64,000 bases of DNA from Kiritimatiellia bacterium (GCA_045599445.1 JAZRWB010000075.1:4697-68696); one strand, 5' to 3'. Shown: positions 29,771-39,891, numbered from the stretch's first letter. Translations and numbers: made by a program. The notes: generated by a model not told the origin, from the sequence alone.

Positions 29771-31210
29771 ATGGACTCTTTTCGATTGATTAGGGCGTTG
29801 GCGGTGGCGACTGCGGTCGCCATCGTCGGCTGTTCCACGATCATCGACGCTCGCGACGCGCAGGAAAGTGTGGCCGCCAAGAGCGCGGACGACGCCGCCT
29901 TGCCGGAGGATGGCGACGTCCGTCTCCACGGTTACACGCTCGAGGATCTCGTCGGTTACGCGCTCACCAACCGTCCGTCGATGGTCTCCGCCAAGCTGGC
30001 GGTGGACGACGCCCGGTTGGCGATGAAGGAGGTCGCCGCGGACGCGCCGGTTTTGAGCGACACGCCGTGGACTTCGCCGAAAGTTTCGCTTTCCGGCTCG
30101 TACTCCGAGTCGAGCAACGGCTCCAAATTGGAGGACGCCGATTGGCATTTGAACGGCGATTCGTCCGCCGCGGTTTCGCTGGATTTGCTGATTTGGGATT
30201 TTGGTCGCAACGATGCGCGAAAGGCGGCGCAGGCGGAGCGTACGGTGGCGGCCGAGCTGGAGTTGGTGAACGAGGGCTACGCGGTTTTTGCCGATGTTGC
30301 GAACGCCTATTTCACCTTGCTCGAAAAAGGCGCTCTGCTGGAAGTCGCCTGCACCAACGAATACGAATACTCGGTGCATCTCGACCGGGCCGAGCGGCGT
30401 TCGGAGAACGGCGAGGCGAAGCGGCTGGATGTTTTGAAGGCTCGGCTCGATTACGCGTCGGCGCGCGAGAAAACGATCAACGCCTCCAATGACGTGGTGA
30501 CCGCCGGCGCGGAGTTTTTGCGGTCGCTGGGCGTGGACGCCTCGAACGGCAGCCGTCGCGACGTCATCGATTTCGAGGGAAATGCGCTTACTTTCGCGAT
30601 GCGCGGGTTTCCGGAGTCGGATTACGACGTCGCCGGAGCGTTCGATTTTGCGCGTACCAATTCGCCGACGATGAAGATCGTCCGGGCGAAATTGCGCGCC
30701 GCGAGCGCCAACGTCGACTATGCGATCGCCGATTTAATGCCGTCGGTTTCAGTTTCCGGATCGTTCAGTTGGACGGATCCGCTGTGGTTTTTCAAATGGG
30801 GTGCTTCGGGAGTGCAGTCGATATTCCAGGGCTTTCGCAAGACCACTGCGGTCGATCGGGCGGTTGTCGCGATGGAACAGGCGGCGGCCGATGTCGACCG
30901 CGCCGAGCAACAGCTTTCGCTTGATCTCGAACTTGCGATTGCGGCGCGCGACAACGCTCGCGAGGCGCGAAGGACGGCGAGCGACGCGCTGAAGCAGGCG
31001 AAGGAGAATCTGGAAATGGTCAAGCGACAGTTTGACGTCGGCGAGGCGAGCCGAGTGGATTTCACCAGCGCCGTCGCCTCCTGCATCAAGGAGCTCGGAA
31101 ATCGCATCGGCGCGTTTTACCAGGGACAACGCGCGGAAGCGGCGATTTTCGCGCTCGTGGGACGGTATCCGGTTTACGAGGAAAAGGTGCTTACAGAGGA
31201 GGATGAATGA
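29771..31210 (+). CDS. TolC-family outer-membrane efflux lipoprotein (cassette 2)
   Basis: Lipobox 'AIVGCST'. Two-repeat coiled-coil OEP-like sequence. First gene of the second four-gene efflux operon. Confidence 0.75.
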   Translation: MDSFRLIRALAVATAVAIVGCSTIIDARDAQESVAAKSADDAALPEDGDVRLHGYTLEDLVGYALTNRPSMVSAKLAVDDARLAMKEVAADAPVLSDTPWTSPKVSLSGSYSESSNGSKLEDADWHLNGDSSAAVSLDLLIWDFGRNDARKAAQAERTVAAELELVNEGYAVFADVANAYFTLLEKGALLEVACTNEYEYSVHLDRAERRSENGEAKRLDVLKARLDYASAREKTINASNDVVTAGAEFLRSLGVDASNGSRRDVIDFEGNALTFAMRGFPESDYDVAGAFDFARTNSPTMKIVRAKLRAASANVDYAIADLMPSVSVSGSFSWTDPLWFFKWGASGVQSIFQGFRKTTAVDRAVVAMEQAAADVDRAEQQLSLDLELAIAARDNAREARRTASDALKQAKENLEMVKRQFDVGEASRVDFTSAVASCIKELGNRIGAFYQGQRAEAAIFALVGRYPVYEEKVLTEEDE

Positions 31211-32439
31211 AAATAACGTATCCGCTATTGGCGCTCGCGTTGCTCGTTTCCGGCTGCGACGGCGATTCCGCGACGGAAGCCAAGATTGCGCGAAAGTTTC
31301 GCTTCGCGCCGATTACGCGCGCCGACGTCGTGCGCACGGTGGAGGCCACGGGAACGGTTACGCCGCGCAATACTTCGAACGGAATTCCGGTCGGGGCGCA
31401 GGTTACCGGCAAGGTAGTGAAGCTTTTCGTGGACTACAATTCCGTCGTTACCAACGGCCAGATCGTCGCGCTCATCGATCCGTTGGTGTACGAAGCGGCC
31501 TACAAGAGCGCGGTCGCGCAACTGCACGTCAATCAGGCGAATTTGCGGCAATGCGAAGTTGCGCTGGTTCTGGCGGAAAAGACCCTGAAGCGCAAGCAAC
31601 ACCTCTTCGAGCGTCAGCTTTGCTCCGAGGCCGATCTCGACTCGGCGATCGAGAATCGGGATATTGCGGCCGCCAAGGTGGAAAGCGCCAAGGCGTCGGT
31701 CGAGCAGAGCGAGGCGTCCGCCAGTCGCGCCGAAGCGGATCTCAGCTATTGCACGATTCGCTCGCCGGTCAACGGCATCGTAATCGACCGCAAGGTGGAG
31801 GAGGGCGAAACCGTGGTTTCGTCGATGAACGCGACGCCGGTATTGACGATCGCCGAGGATCTCAAGGTGATTTGGATCGAGGCGACCGTACCCGAGGCGG
31901 ACGTCGGCAATCTCAAGGTCGGGCAGGAGGTTTCCTTCACCGCCGACGCCTATCGCAAGCGATTTAGGGGAACGGTTAAGCAAATTCGGCTCGCCCACAC
32001 GACGACCAACAACGTGGTAACCTATCCGATTATCATCGAGGCGGAGAACCCCGGCGAAATGCTGTTTCCGGGGATGACTGCGACGTTGACGATCGAAACC
32101 GCTCGCGTCGAGAACGTGCTTTGCGTGGCGGCGGCGGCGTTTCGGTTTCGTCCGAAGGACGCGGATCTGGACGGAATCGAAGAAGTGCCCAGAGGTCGCA
32201 AGTTGTGGTTCGTCGGCGATGCGGGCGAGTTGAGCCCGGTGGTCGTCGAAGAGGGCATCTCCAACGACTCCTTTACCGAAATTCTCGGAGCCGACGAGGC
32301 GCTTGAAGGCAAGGAGGCGATCATCGGTTACCAGACGGCGTCGACGCTCGTACCCGCGAGCGACGTTTCCAATCCGTTTATGCCCAAAATGCCTGGACGC
32401 GGCAAGAACAAGGGCACGGCTCCGGAACCGCGCAAGTAA
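31207..32439 (+). CDS. HlyD/MacA-type periplasmic adaptor lipoprotein
   Basis: Lipobox 'LLVSGCDG', 'GTV.P.....V.AQV.G.V..L.VD.N..V..GQ..A.ID', a coiled-coil hairpin, and 'YCTIRSPVNGIVI.R.V..G'. Confidence 0.82.
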   Translation: MKITYPLLALALLVSGCDGDSATEAKIARKFRFAPITRADVVRTVEATGTVTPRNTSNGIPVGAQVTGKVVKLFVDYNSVVTNGQIVALIDPLVYEAAYKSAVAQLHVNQANLRQCEVALVLAEKTLKRKQHLFERQLCSEADLDSAIENRDIAAAKVESAKASVEQSEASASRAEADLSYCTIRSPVNGIVIDRKVEEGETVVSSMNATPVLTIAEDLKVIWIEATVPEADVGNLKVGQEVSFTADAYRKRFRGTVKQIRLAHTTTNNVVTYPIIIEAENPGEMLFPGMTATLTIETARVENVLCVAAAAFRFRPKDADLDGIEEVPRGRKLWFVGDAGELSPVVVEEGISNDSFTEILGADEALEGKEAIIGYQTASTLVPASDVSNPFMPKMPGRGKNKGTAPEPRK

Positions 32440-33125
32440 TGGAACATCTGATCGAGGTCTCCGATTTGCGCAAGACGTATTGCATCGGCGACGAACCGGT
32501 GCATGCGCTGGACGGAGTCTCGCTTACCGTGGACAATGGCGAATTCGTGGCGATTATGGGGTCTTCGGGTTCCGGCAAGTCCACGATGCTCAACATCCTC
32601 GGTTGTCTCGACACCCCGACTTCCGGCTCGTACAAGCTCGACGGGCTGGAGGTCTCCAAGCGCTCGGCGACGGAACTGGCGCGAATTCGCAATCGCAAGC
32701 TCGGATTCGTATTCCAGAATTTCAACTTGTTGCCGCGCACGCGGGCGGTCGAACAGGTGGAGCTGCCGGATCTTTACATGGGCAGACTGACATGGATCAA
32801 GCGGCGGCGTCGGGCGCTGGAGTTGTTGCGGCGCGTCGGATTGGGCGGACGCACCGGACACACCCCGGCGCAACTCTCCGGCGGCCAACAGCAGCGGGTG
32901 GCGATTGCGCGGGCGCTGATGAACGAGCCGCCGGTGCTGTTCGCCGACGAGCCGACGGGCAATCTCGACACCAAAAGCTCGATTGAAATCATGAACCTCT
33001 TTACCGAGCTTTCCAACGAGGGAATCACCATCGTCATGGTTACGCACGAAGACGACATCGCCGCGTACGCCAAACGTCGAATCGTGATGCGCGACGGACG
33101 GATGATCAAGGACGAGCGACAATGA
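32439..33125 (+). CDS. ABC transporter ATP-binding protein (MacB/LolD-type), paralogue of 9862..10548
   Basis: 'GSSGSGKST', 'LSGGQQQRVAIARAL', '[11 protein letters not shown]', '[14 protein letters not shown]' (the last block is identical to cassette 1). Confidence 0.92.
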   Translation: MEHLIEVSDLRKTYCIGDEPVHALDGVSLTVDNGEFVAIMGSSGSGKSTMLNILGCLDTPTSGSYKLDGLEVSKRSATELARIRNRKLGFVFQNFNLLPRTRAVEQVELPDLYMGRLTWIKRRRRALELLRRVGLGGRTGHTPAQLSGGQQQRVAIARALMNEPPVLFADEPTGNLDTKSSIEIMNLFTELSNEGITIVMVTHEDDIAAYAKRRIVMRDGRMIKDERQ

Positions 33126-34348
33126 ACTTCTGGATGATCTTCAAGGTCGCGATACTGGCGATTCTCCGCAACAAGACGCGGAGCTTGCTTACCTGCCTCG
33201 GCATCATCGTCGGCATCGCCGCGGTCATCGCGGTAATGGCGATCGGCAAGGGCGCGCAGACGATGATGGTTCGGCAAATTTCCGCGATGGGCAACAACCT
33301 GGTGATGGTTTTTCCCGAGCGCTCGGGTCGAGGCGCGGTTTCGATCGGCATGGGTCAGGGTCAGACGATGACCGCGGCCGACGCCGAGGCGATCAAGCGC
33401 GAATTGCCCCACCTCGTACAGGGCGTGAGCCCGCAAGTGCGAGCGCAGTGCCAAATGATGTATGGATCGAAGAACTGGTCGGGTAGCGTGCAAGGCGTCT
33501 CCACCGACATCACTATGATCGGCAATTGGACGGTGACCGACGGGCGGTTCTTCTCCGAGGACGAGGAGCGGCGGTGCGCCCGCGTTTGCGTAATCGGCAC
33601 CACGGTCAAGGCGAATCTCTTTTCCGACGACGATCCGGTCGGCAAGACCATTCGGCTCGGGGCGATGACCTACAAGGTAATCGGCGTCCTCGGCTCGAAG
33701 GGCGCAAACAACTTCGGCCAGGATCAGGACGACGTCATCATGGCGCCGTACACCTCGGTTCAGCGTTACCTTCAGCGCTCGAAGTTCCGCACCATCAACA
33801 TGATGAACATTTCGCTCATAACGATGGACGACTTGGAGGAGGCCAAACGCGAAATCGGCGCGCTTTTGCGGCAACGCCACCATCTCGCGGATTATCAAGA
33901 CAACGACTTCGAGACTCGCGACACGACCGAAATCATGAACACCATTGGCTCGGTTACTGGTTTGATGACCGTATTGCTGACGGCGGTGGCGGCGATTTCG
34001 CTTCTAGTCGGCGGCATCGGCATCATGAACATTATGCTGGTTTCGGTTACCGAACGCATCAAGGAAATCGGCCTGCGCATGGCCATTGGCGCGACGCCGG
34101 CGAACATTCTCGTGCAATTTCTTCTGGAGGCGGTGGTGCTTTCCACGGTCGGCGGCGCAATTGGAATCGTGGTCGGCATCGTCGGCGCACAAACAATCGG
34201 AGCGGTTAAGGACTGGCCAATCGAAATTGAGGCGGCGAGCGCGATTTGCTCGTTTCTCTTCTCGGCGATGGTCGGCATGTTCTTCGGTTTTTATCCGGCG
34301 TATCGGGCGTCCAAGCTCAACCCGATCGACTGTCTTCGCTACGAATAA
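33122..34348 (+). CDS. ABC transporter permease, MacB/FtsX type, paralogue of 10545..11819
   Basis: 'LRNKTRSLLTCLGIIVGIAAVIAV', a periplasmic insert, 'GGIGIMNIMLVSVTERIKEIGLRMAIGA', and terminal 'NPIDCLRYE'. Confidence 0.88.
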   Translation: MNFWMIFKVAILAILRNKTRSLLTCLGIIVGIAAVIAVMAIGKGAQTMMVRQISAMGNNLVMVFPERSGRGAVSIGMGQGQTMTAADAEAIKRELPHLVQGVSPQVRAQCQMMYGSKNWSGSVQGVSTDITMIGNWTVTDGRFFSEDEERRCARVCVIGTTVKANLFSDDDPVGKTIRLGAMTYKVIGVLGSKGANNFGQDQDDVIMAPYTSVQRYLQRSKFRTINMMNISLITMDDLEEAKREIGALLRQRHHLADYQDNDFETRDTTEIMNTIGSVTGLMTVLLTAVAAISLLVGGIGIMNIMLVSVTERIKEIGLRMAIGATPANILVQFLLEAVVLSTVGGAIGIVVGIVGAQTIGAVKDWPIEIEAASAICSFLFSAMVGMFFGFYPAYRASKLNPIDCLRYE

Positions 34349-34349
34349 A

Positions 34350-34358
34350 TGGTATAAT
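34350..34358 (+). promoter_or_regulatory. Extended -10 promoter element TGgTATAAT (purH N-half)
   Basis: Lies 2 nt after the permease stop and 25 nt upstream of ATG 34384, with an AAGGAG RBS in between. Confidence 0.5.
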
Positions 34359-34383
34359 ACGCGAAAGTAAAGGAGTTCCGAAA

Positions 34384-35064
34384 ATGTCCCTCAATATCGT
34401 AAGTGAAATCGACAATCGCATCGCCATCCGTAACGTGCTTATGTCCGTGTCCGACAAGACCGGGCTCGAGACGTTCGTGCCCGCGCTCGTCAAGGCGTGC
34501 CCCGGCGTGAAAATATATTCGACCGGCGGAACTTACGCGAAGGTGAAGGAGATTCTCGGCGCCGACTTCGGAAAGACGCTGGTCGCGGTTTCGGATTACA
34601 CGGGCCAGCCGGAAATGCAGGGCGGACTCGTGAAGACGCTGGATTTCAAGATTTATCTGGGGCTTTTGTCGGAGAAGTACAACGACGCCCATCAGGCCGA
34701 CCTCAAGCGGCTGGCGGCGAACCCGATCGACATGGTGGTGGTGAATCTCTATCCGTTCCGCGAAACGGTCGCCAAGCCGGGCGTGACTCCGGAGATGGCT
34801 CGTACCAACATCGACATCGGCGGGCCTTGCATGGTTCGCGCGTCGGCGAAAAACTATTTGCGCGTCGCGTCGGTTACCGATCCGCTGGATTACGCCAACA
34901 TCGCGAGCGAACTCGCGGCACATGACGGAACGCTGGGGCTTTCCACGCGCTTCAAGCTCATGAAAAAGGCCTTTGCCCATACCGCGGAATACGACGGCGC
35001 GATTTCCAAGTTCTTCACCACTCGCACTTGGGAAGAAGTCGATAAGACTTACAACCAGCACTAA
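34384..35064 (+). CDS. purH: IMP cyclohydrolase / MGS-like domain of PurH (stand-alone N-terminal half)
   Basis: 'IRNVLMSVSDKTGLE.F...L......KIYSTGGTY..V......V.AVSDYTG.PEM.GG.VKTL..KIY.GLL....N..H..DL......IDMVVVNLYPF' is the PurH N-terminal domain pattern. The protein ends after about 226 aa. ATG 34384 has an AAGGAG RBS and a TGgTATAAT promoter. Confidence 0.85.
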   Translation: MSLNIVSEIDNRIAIRNVLMSVSDKTGLETFVPALVKACPGVKIYSTGGTYAKVKEILGADFGKTLVAVSDYTGQPEMQGGLVKTLDFKIYLGLLSEKYNDAHQADLKRLAANPIDMVVVNLYPFRETVAKPGVTPEMARTNIDIGGPCMVRASAKNYLRVASVTDPLDYANIASELAAHDGTLGLSTRFKLMKKAFAHTAEYDGAISKFFTTRTWEEVDKTYNQH

Positions 35065-36074
35065 TGAAGGTCGTCCACCTCGTTCCGGCGATGGAACAGG
35101 GCGGCGTCGAGCGCGTCGTCTGCGACTTGTGTCGCGCCCTCGTCGAGCACGGGGTGGAGAGTACGGTGGTCTCCAAGGGCGGTCGTTTGGTCGCCGGACT
35201 TGTCGAGGCGGGCGCCCGTCACGTCGAATTGGACGTGAAGTCCAAAAATCCGCTTACCTGCCTTTGGCGGGCGAGGAAGTTGCGGAAGTTGCTTGAATCC
35301 GAAAGACCCGATCTCGTTTGTGCGCATTCCCGGGTTCCCGCGTGGTTGTTTGTGCTGGCGAATCGTGCCTTGCATCTCAAATGGATAACCTACGCCCATG
35401 GCGCGAATTCGGTGTCGGCGTATTCCGCGGTGATGACCAAGGGCGATTTGATCGTAGCGCCGTCTCGTTTTCTCGCCGGTTTTCTCAAGGAAAACTACGG
35501 CATCGGCGACGAGCGGATTCGGGTTGTGCATCCCGCCGTGGATACGGAGAGATTCAATCCCGACCGAGTGGATCGCGAATTCGTCGCCGAGCGGCGTAAA
35601 GCTTGGGGAATAAAGGACGGCGATTACGTGGTGATGGCGGTGGGGCGCATCACGCCGCTTAAGGGTTACGAGGAGTTGATTCGCGGTTTTTCGACGACGG
35701 AAAAAAAGCTGGTAATCGTCGGAGAGGCGGACAAGCGCCACTTAAGTTATCTTCAGCGTTTGAAGGGTATCGCCGGCGCGAACGTCGTGTTCGCCGGTTA
35801 CGAGAGCGATATTCCGGGATGTCTGGCGATTGCCGACGAGGTCGTTTCGGCCAATTCCTCGAAACCGGAATCGTTCGGGCTTTCGGTCGCCGAGGCGTAT
35901 GCGATGAACAAACGGGTTTCGGCCAAACGGTTCGGCGGCGTCGGGGAGATCATGGACGAAGTCGAATCTAGCGGAAAGCCGTCGACGCGGGAGGCGGTGG
36001 AAGAGCTTTACGGATTTGCGCGAATGGCGCGCGAAACCAAAGTCGTTTACGATTCGCTGATCGGGCGAATATGA
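35064..36074 (+). CDS. Family 4 (GT-B) glycosyltransferase
   Basis: 'KVVHLVPAMEQGGVERVV' N-terminus and C-terminal 'PESFGLSVAEAYAM' (E-x7-E region), typical of GT4/WaaG-like enzymes. Confidence 0.8.
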   Translation: MKVVHLVPAMEQGGVERVVCDLCRALVEHGVESTVVSKGGRLVAGLVEAGARHVELDVKSKNPLTCLWRARKLRKLLESERPDLVCAHSRVPAWLFVLANRALHLKWITYAHGANSVSAYSAVMTKGDLIVAPSRFLAGFLKENYGIGDERIRVVHPAVDTERFNPDRVDREFVAERRKAWGIKDGDYVVMAVGRITPLKGYEELIRGFSTTEKKLVIVGEADKRHLSYLQRLKGIAGANVVFAGYESDIPGCLAIADEVVSANSSKPESFGLSVAEAYAMNKRVSAKRFGGVGEIMDEVESSGKPSTREAVEELYGFARMARETKVVYDSLIGRI

Positions 36075-36080
36075 TATAAT
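36072..36080 (+). promoter_or_regulatory. Extended -10 promoter element TGaTATAAT (membrane protein/wecE operon)
   Basis: Overlaps the GT4 stop. The ATG at 36090 is 9 nt downstream, which implies a leaderless or near-leaderless mRNA. Confidence 0.45.
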
Positions 36081-36089
36081 AGAGCCGAT

Positions 36090-36824
36090 ATGGACATCAT
36101 TTCTTCGAAGCATTCCTGGCTACTTGCGCCGATGGTCTTTTTGATCGGCGTGTTGGCGTTGACGGCGGTTTGGGCGGTGATGGAGCCGCAAGAGTTGATA
36201 ACGGCGTTCGACAATGACGGGTGTTCGCCGGTGGAGTTGATGACCTTGCCGCTTTTTGCGTTGATCGTGCCGCTGGTGTGGCTTTGCCCGCCGGTCGCCG
36301 GTACCGCCCGTCGTCAGGCGTTTTGGTCGTCGATTTGGTCGCTGCTCGGCGTAGTCGCGATTATTCGCGAAACCGATTTGCACAAGTCGCTGTTCGCGAA
36401 GATTTGGCCGGAAGTGGCGGACACCTTCCCGGGTACGGTCTACAAGATGAATTTTCTCAAGGCCGACGGAGTTCCGCTGATGCCCAAGTTGTTCGTGCTT
36501 TGCTTTTTCATTCTGTTTTTCGCGGTGGTGTTGTTGCCGCTCATACGATATTTGCCGGCGTTGATCAGGGGATTCTTTTCGCTCAAGCCAGTGGCGTGGT
36601 CGGCGGCGACGTTCGGCGTAGTCTCGGTTATGGTTATGGTCGTCGATCGGCTTCCGGCCAATTTGCGCGAATGGGGCGTGAAGGGACTGAACGACTCGAG
36701 CGCGTGGCTATCGCTGATGAAGGCTTTCGAGGAAGGCGGAGAAATGCTGATGGCGCTATTGGCGCTTTTGGCGCTGTTGCAGTCGCATCTCGTTTTCGTT
36801 CGTAATCGGGGAGTTGCGCAATGA
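36090..36824 (+). CDS. Polytopic membrane protein, unknown function
   Basis: About 6 hydrophobic segments and no recognisable motif. Sits between the GT4 and wecE-like genes, with a TGaTATAAT element 9 nt upstream of its ATG. Confidence 0.5.
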   Translation: MDIISSKHSWLLAPMVFLIGVLALTAVWAVMEPQELITAFDNDGCSPVELMTLPLFALIVPLVWLCPPVAGTARRQAFWSSIWSLLGVVAIIRETDLHKSLFAKIWPEVADTFPGTVYKMNFLKADGVPLMPKLFVLCFFILFFAVVLLPLIRYLPALIRGFFSLKPVAWSAATFGVVSVMVMVVDRLPANLREWGVKGLNDSSAWLSLMKAFEEGGEMLMALLALLALLQSHLVFVRNRGVAQ

Positions 36825-37954
36825 TTCATTTCAACCGACCCTATATGACCGGCAAGGAGACGGATTACATCCGTCAGGCGGTTTTGGACGGCAAAATCTC
36901 CGGCAACGGCGAATTCACGAAGAAGTGCCAGGCGTTTTTCGAAGAGCGCTACGGCTTCAAGAAGTGCCTGCTTACGACTTCCTGCACGGATGCGTTGGAG
37001 ATGGCGGCGATTCTTACCGGCGTCGGACCCGGCGACGAGGTCATCGTTCCCTCGTACACCTTCGTTTCCACCGCGCTGGCGTTCGTGCGCACGGGCGCGA
37101 AAATCGTTTTTGCCGACAGTCGTCCGGACGAGCCCAACCTCGACGCGACCAAGCTGGAGGCGCTGATAACGCCGGCGACCAAGGTGATTGTGCCGGTGCA
37201 TTACGCGGGTTGCGCTTGCGACATGGACGCGATTATGGCGATTGCGAAAAGACACTCGCTGATGGTGGTCGAGGACGCGGCCCAGGCGATCGATTCGTTT
37301 TACGTCGGCAAGGACGGCGTCAAACGAGCCTTGGGCTCGATTGGCGATATGGGCTGCTTTTCGTTCCACGAAACGAAGAACATCATCTCCGGCGAAGGCG
37401 GCATGCTCGCCATCAACGACGAGCGCCTCGTCCGGCGCGCGGAGATTATCTGGGAGAAGGGTACCAATCGCGCGGAGTTCTATCGCGGCGAGGTGAATAA
37501 ATACGGATGGGTGGACACCGGCTCGTCGTTCCTGCCGACCGAAATCGTCTCCGCCTTCCTTTGGGCGCAGCTCGAGCACCTCGACGAAATCCAAACCGAA
37601 CGCAAGCGGTTGTGGAACGTGTATCTCGAATTCATGGGCAAGTTCGGCGACCGAGTGAAATTGCCGAAAGTTCCCGAGTATGCGACCAACAACGCCCATA
37701 TGTTCTATTTGCTTTTCCCGGATCTCGCCAAGCGAACGGATTTCATCGCGAAGATGAAAGCGCGTGACGTATTGACGGTGTTCCATTATCTGCCGCTACA
37801 TTCCTCGGAATTCTATCGCGCTCGCCACGACGGCCGCCAGTTGCCCAATTGCGATCGTTACGCCGACACCTTGGTGCGACTGCCGCTTTATTGCGGGCTC
37901 AAGCCCGATCAGGACAAGGTATTGTCGGCGATCGAGGAGTCGCTCGGCTCGTGA
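36821..37954 (+). CDS. wecE: dTDP-4-amino-4,6-dideoxy-sugar transaminase (WecE/DegT family)
   Basis: Near-colinear with E. coli WecE by eye: 'IHFNRPYMTGKE.DYI', 'LLTTSCTDALEMAA', 'PSYTFVSTA.AFV..GAKIVF.D', 'VPVHYAG..CDMD.IM', 'FSFHETKN' (PLP Lys), 'EKGTNR..F.RG.V.KY.W.D.GSS', 'NAHMFY', 'VFHY.PLH'. Confidence 0.88.
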   Translation: MIHFNRPYMTGKETDYIRQAVLDGKISGNGEFTKKCQAFFEERYGFKKCLLTTSCTDALEMAAILTGVGPGDEVIVPSYTFVSTALAFVRTGAKIVFADSRPDEPNLDATKLEALITPATKVIVPVHYAGCACDMDAIMAIAKRHSLMVVEDAAQAIDSFYVGKDGVKRALGSIGDMGCFSFHETKNIISGEGGMLAINDERLVRRAEIIWEKGTNRAEFYRGEVNKYGWVDTGSSFLPTEIVSAFLWAQLEHLDEIQTERKRLWNVYLEFMGKFGDRVKLPKVPEYATNNAHMFYLLFPDLAKRTDFIAKMKARDVLTVFHYLPLHSSEFYRARHDGRQLPNCDRYADTLVRLPLYCGLKPDQDKVLSAIEESLGS

Positions 37955-39891
37955 ACGACGTCGCGTTCAGTTGCGACGACAACGGCGCGAAATTCCTCCG
38001 CGTGGCGGTGTATTCGCTGCTTGCGCATTATCGCGGCTCGGAGCGGTTGCGCATCAACGTCTTCGAGGGCTACGGCGGACATTCCGCGGAGAACAAGCAC
38101 TCGCTGGCGGAGGTCGTCGGTCGCTTCCCGTTCGCCGAGGTACGCTATCACGACGTAGAGCCGGTGTTGAAGCCGTACATCGAGCTCATCGGGCGGCGCG
38201 ACGGTTCGCGTTGGAACGTCTTCACCTGGACTCCGGTGTTCACCCCGGCGATTATCGCCGATGCGACCGGTAACGTAATCCACTTCGACATCGACATGCT
38301 ATTCAACGCCGACGTTTCGCCACTTTTCGAGCTCGACTTGGGCGATGATCTGATCGCGACGACCTACGAGTACCATCGTTGTTCGGGCAAGGTCGAAAGC
38401 GTGATTTGGGAAAAGGGGATTCTGTCCGAATCGGTCGAGCGCTATTTCAATACCGGCGTACTGGTGTTCAACTACGCCAAGTGTCGCGAAGAGCGGACTT
38501 GGGAGAAGATCGTCGAGTGGTATCGCGAGAATTACACGGTCGCCGACCGCATCGAGCAGGACGCGTGGAACGCGCTTTACTGGAATCGTAATCGCGCCTT
38601 GCCGGTTGAATGGAATTTTCACGATCGCAACATGAAGGGCTACGCCAAGTGGTCGATTGCCGACAAGTACTGGCTCGGCAATCCTCCGCGCGAGTGTTTG
38701 GCGGCGGCGCTTGAACCCAAGATCCTCCATTTTTGGGGTCCCAAAAAGCCGTGGAAGCCGTCGCATCGTCCGTATCGCAAGCTGTATCACGCGGCGATGC
38801 GGGCAGTCGGGATGGAAGCGCCGCGCGAGCAATTGCTATCGCCGTACTACAATTTAATCAACGGCTGGCATTTCCGGCGCATCCGTCTTCGCCTGCGCGG
38901 GTCGAGGCCAATTAACTGGGTGTACAAGCTTAAAAGCCTCAAGCGTTCGTTGCGCGCGCCGTTCGAATGGATGGGGATTGCGCTCGGGGTCGCGATCATG
39001 AGTTCGCTTTCGCACCGCGCGCTTTTCGGATTTTGCGATTTTCTTTCGTGGATCGTCTACCATTGCGATCGGCGGGGTCGCCGGAGGGCGTTGGAGACCT
39101 TGCGAATAGTATTCAATCGTTGCACCGGGCTCGAGGGCGATCAAGTTCGCTTCGATCCCGACGTCGAGCCCTACAATCCAACTCGCGCCGAGGATCGGAT
39201 AATTCGCCGGTCGTATCGCAATATGGCGCGGACAATCGGGCATATTTTCTGGACTTGTCGCAAGGCGAAGGAGCGGGCGGCGGAAATCGGGGAAATGAGC
39301 GACGAGTGTCGTAATTTTCTTCAAACCCACAAGCCGGCGGTTACGGTTTCGGCGCACATCGGATGTTGGGAGATACTTTCGCAATTGGCGTTTCTTGAAG
39401 GTCATGTGATGATGTCGGTCGCCAAGAAAATCGGTACGCGCGGGTTGACGAAATTTCTGATGAAAGCGCGGATGTCCATCGGGCAGGAGATAATCCCCGT
39501 GGAAGGGGCGATGAAGACGCTATTGAGGGGCATAGAGAGCGGAAAGTCGCTTGGATTATTGGTCGATCAGAGTGTTAATCCATGGAATGGTGGAATTTGG
39601 ATTAGGTTCTTTGGACGCCCAATTTCGGTCTCGGCGGCGCCCGCGTTCTTCGCCGCCAAGGCCAAGGTGCCGATTGCGGTCGCCTGGTCGCGCCCGCTTA
39701 AAAACGGGCATTATCGGTGCGAATTGATCGATGTGATTACGCCGGCGGAAGCGCGAGATATTCGCGGGACTACCCAACGCTGCGCACACGATTTCGAAAA
39801 AATCATCCGTCGGCATCCGTCGTGCTGGGTGATGAATTACAACTTCTACAGCAACATTCCGTCCGCGAAGGACATTGAGTCATTGCCATGA
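37951..39891 (+). CDS. Fusion protein: GT8 glycosyltransferase + LpxL/HtrB-type (LPLAT) acyltransferase
   Basis: The N-terminal half carries 'HFDIDMLF' (DxD), 'YFNTGVLVFN', 'EQDAWN' and 'ILHFWGPKKPW' = GT8. The C-terminal half carries 'VSAHIGCWEIL' (H-x4-E acyltransferase box), 'LLVDQS' and 'FFGRP...S..PA.FA.KAKVPI', as in lipid A late acyltransferases. The GTG 37951 start (GTGA overlap) is inferred; the track ORF begins at 37849. Confidence 0.7.
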   Translation: MNDVAFSCDDNGAKFLRVAVYSLLAHYRGSERLRINVFEGYGGHSAENKHSLAEVVGRFPFAEVRYHDVEPVLKPYIELIGRRDGSRWNVFTWTPVFTPAIIADATGNVIHFDIDMLFNADVSPLFELDLGDDLIATTYEYHRCSGKVESVIWEKGILSESVERYFNTGVLVFNYAKCREERTWEKIVEWYRENYTVADRIEQDAWNALYWNRNRALPVEWNFHDRNMKGYAKWSIADKYWLGNPPRECLAAALEPKILHFWGPKKPWKPSHRPYRKLYHAAMRAVGMEAPREQLLSPYYNLINGWHFRRIRLRLRGSRPINWVYKLKSLKRSLRAPFEWMGIALGVAIMSSLSHRALFGFCDFLSWIVYHCDRRGRRRALETLRIVFNRCTGLEGDQVRFDPDVEPYNPTRAEDRIIRRSYRNMARTIGHIFWTCRKAKERAAEIGEMSDECRNFLQTHKPAVTVSAHIGCWEILSQLAFLEGHVMMSVAKKIGTRGLTKFLMKARMSIGQEIIPVEGAMKTLLRGIESGKSLGLLVDQSVNPWNGGIWIRFFGRPISVSAAPAFFAAKAKVPIAVAWSRPLKNGHYRCELIDVITPAEARDIRGTTQRCAHDFEKIIRRHPSCWVMNYNFYSNIPSAKDIESLP

